From Thermodesulfobacteriota bacterium (GTDB taxonomy: Bacteria > Desulfobacterota > Desulfobulbia > Desulfobulbales > BM004): 28,863 nt of DNA. The position numbers and the translations under genes are program-made. Below the pieces are notes generated by a model. It made no database searches and was not told the DNA's origin. It saw only the letters and a program-made list of their open reading frames with translations. The stretch is from positions 1-28,863 of the forward strand of contig JBDLJI010000001.1 of NCBI GenBank assembly GCA_039714455.1, in the 5' to 3' direction. Positions 28,775-28,863 of this stretch are shown one piece after another (position 1 is the first letter of the stretch; each line of letters opens with the position of its first letter).

Positions 28775-28863
28775 ATAAATATAGTGTAATCAAGGGCCCC
28801 TGCCTTACTGAAAAGGGAGATCAACTGCAGGAGAATTACGGCAAGGCAGTGATCAAGGTGGAC
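28771..28863 (+). CDS. rplW: 50S ribosomal protein L23, 5' part (truncated by window end)
   Basis: ATGA overlap with the rplD stop, [31 protein letters not shown] (P-x-TEK motif), canonical S10-operon position. Confidence 0.9.
   Translation, partial: MNKYSVIKGPCLTEKGDQLQENYGKAVIKVD

Overview
Core-genome window with every supported gene on the + strand, from a dissimilatory sulfur-cycling bacterium. It is a Desulfobacterota member, most likely Desulfobulbales; this is inferred from gene order and protein features and was not checked by a search. Positions 245-7853 encode APS reductase (aprB, aprA) and its electron-transfer complex (qmoA, qmoB, qmoC). They run directly into the translation/transcription supercluster: tRNA-Thr(UGU), tRNA-Tyr(GUA), tRNA-Gly(UCC), tRNA-Thr(GGU), tuf, rpmG (49 aa, missed by the ORF track), tRNA-Trp, secE, nusG, rplK, rplA, rplJ (with L10 leader), rplL, rpoB, rpoC, rpsL, rpsG, fusA, a second tuf, rpsJ, rplC, rplD and the 5' end of rplW. 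I found no mobile element, CRISPR array, defence island or unknown-function protein, and I cannot support a claim of a new protein-coding system here. The most worthwhile observations are: (i) the str-operon EF-G has lost the conserved domain IV tip motif and has its own candidate promoter, resembling the recycling-type spdEFG2; (ii) an intrinsic terminator separates qmoAB from qmoC; (iii) the two tuf copies are a nucleotide-identical 1196-bp direct repeat 17.2 kb apart; (iv) the L10 leader has a clear mutually exclusive alternative fold; (v) aprBA has a structured leader and a palindrome over its candidate promoter; (vi) AprB has a short C-terminal tail. All RNA structures and promoters were read by eye, not computed.
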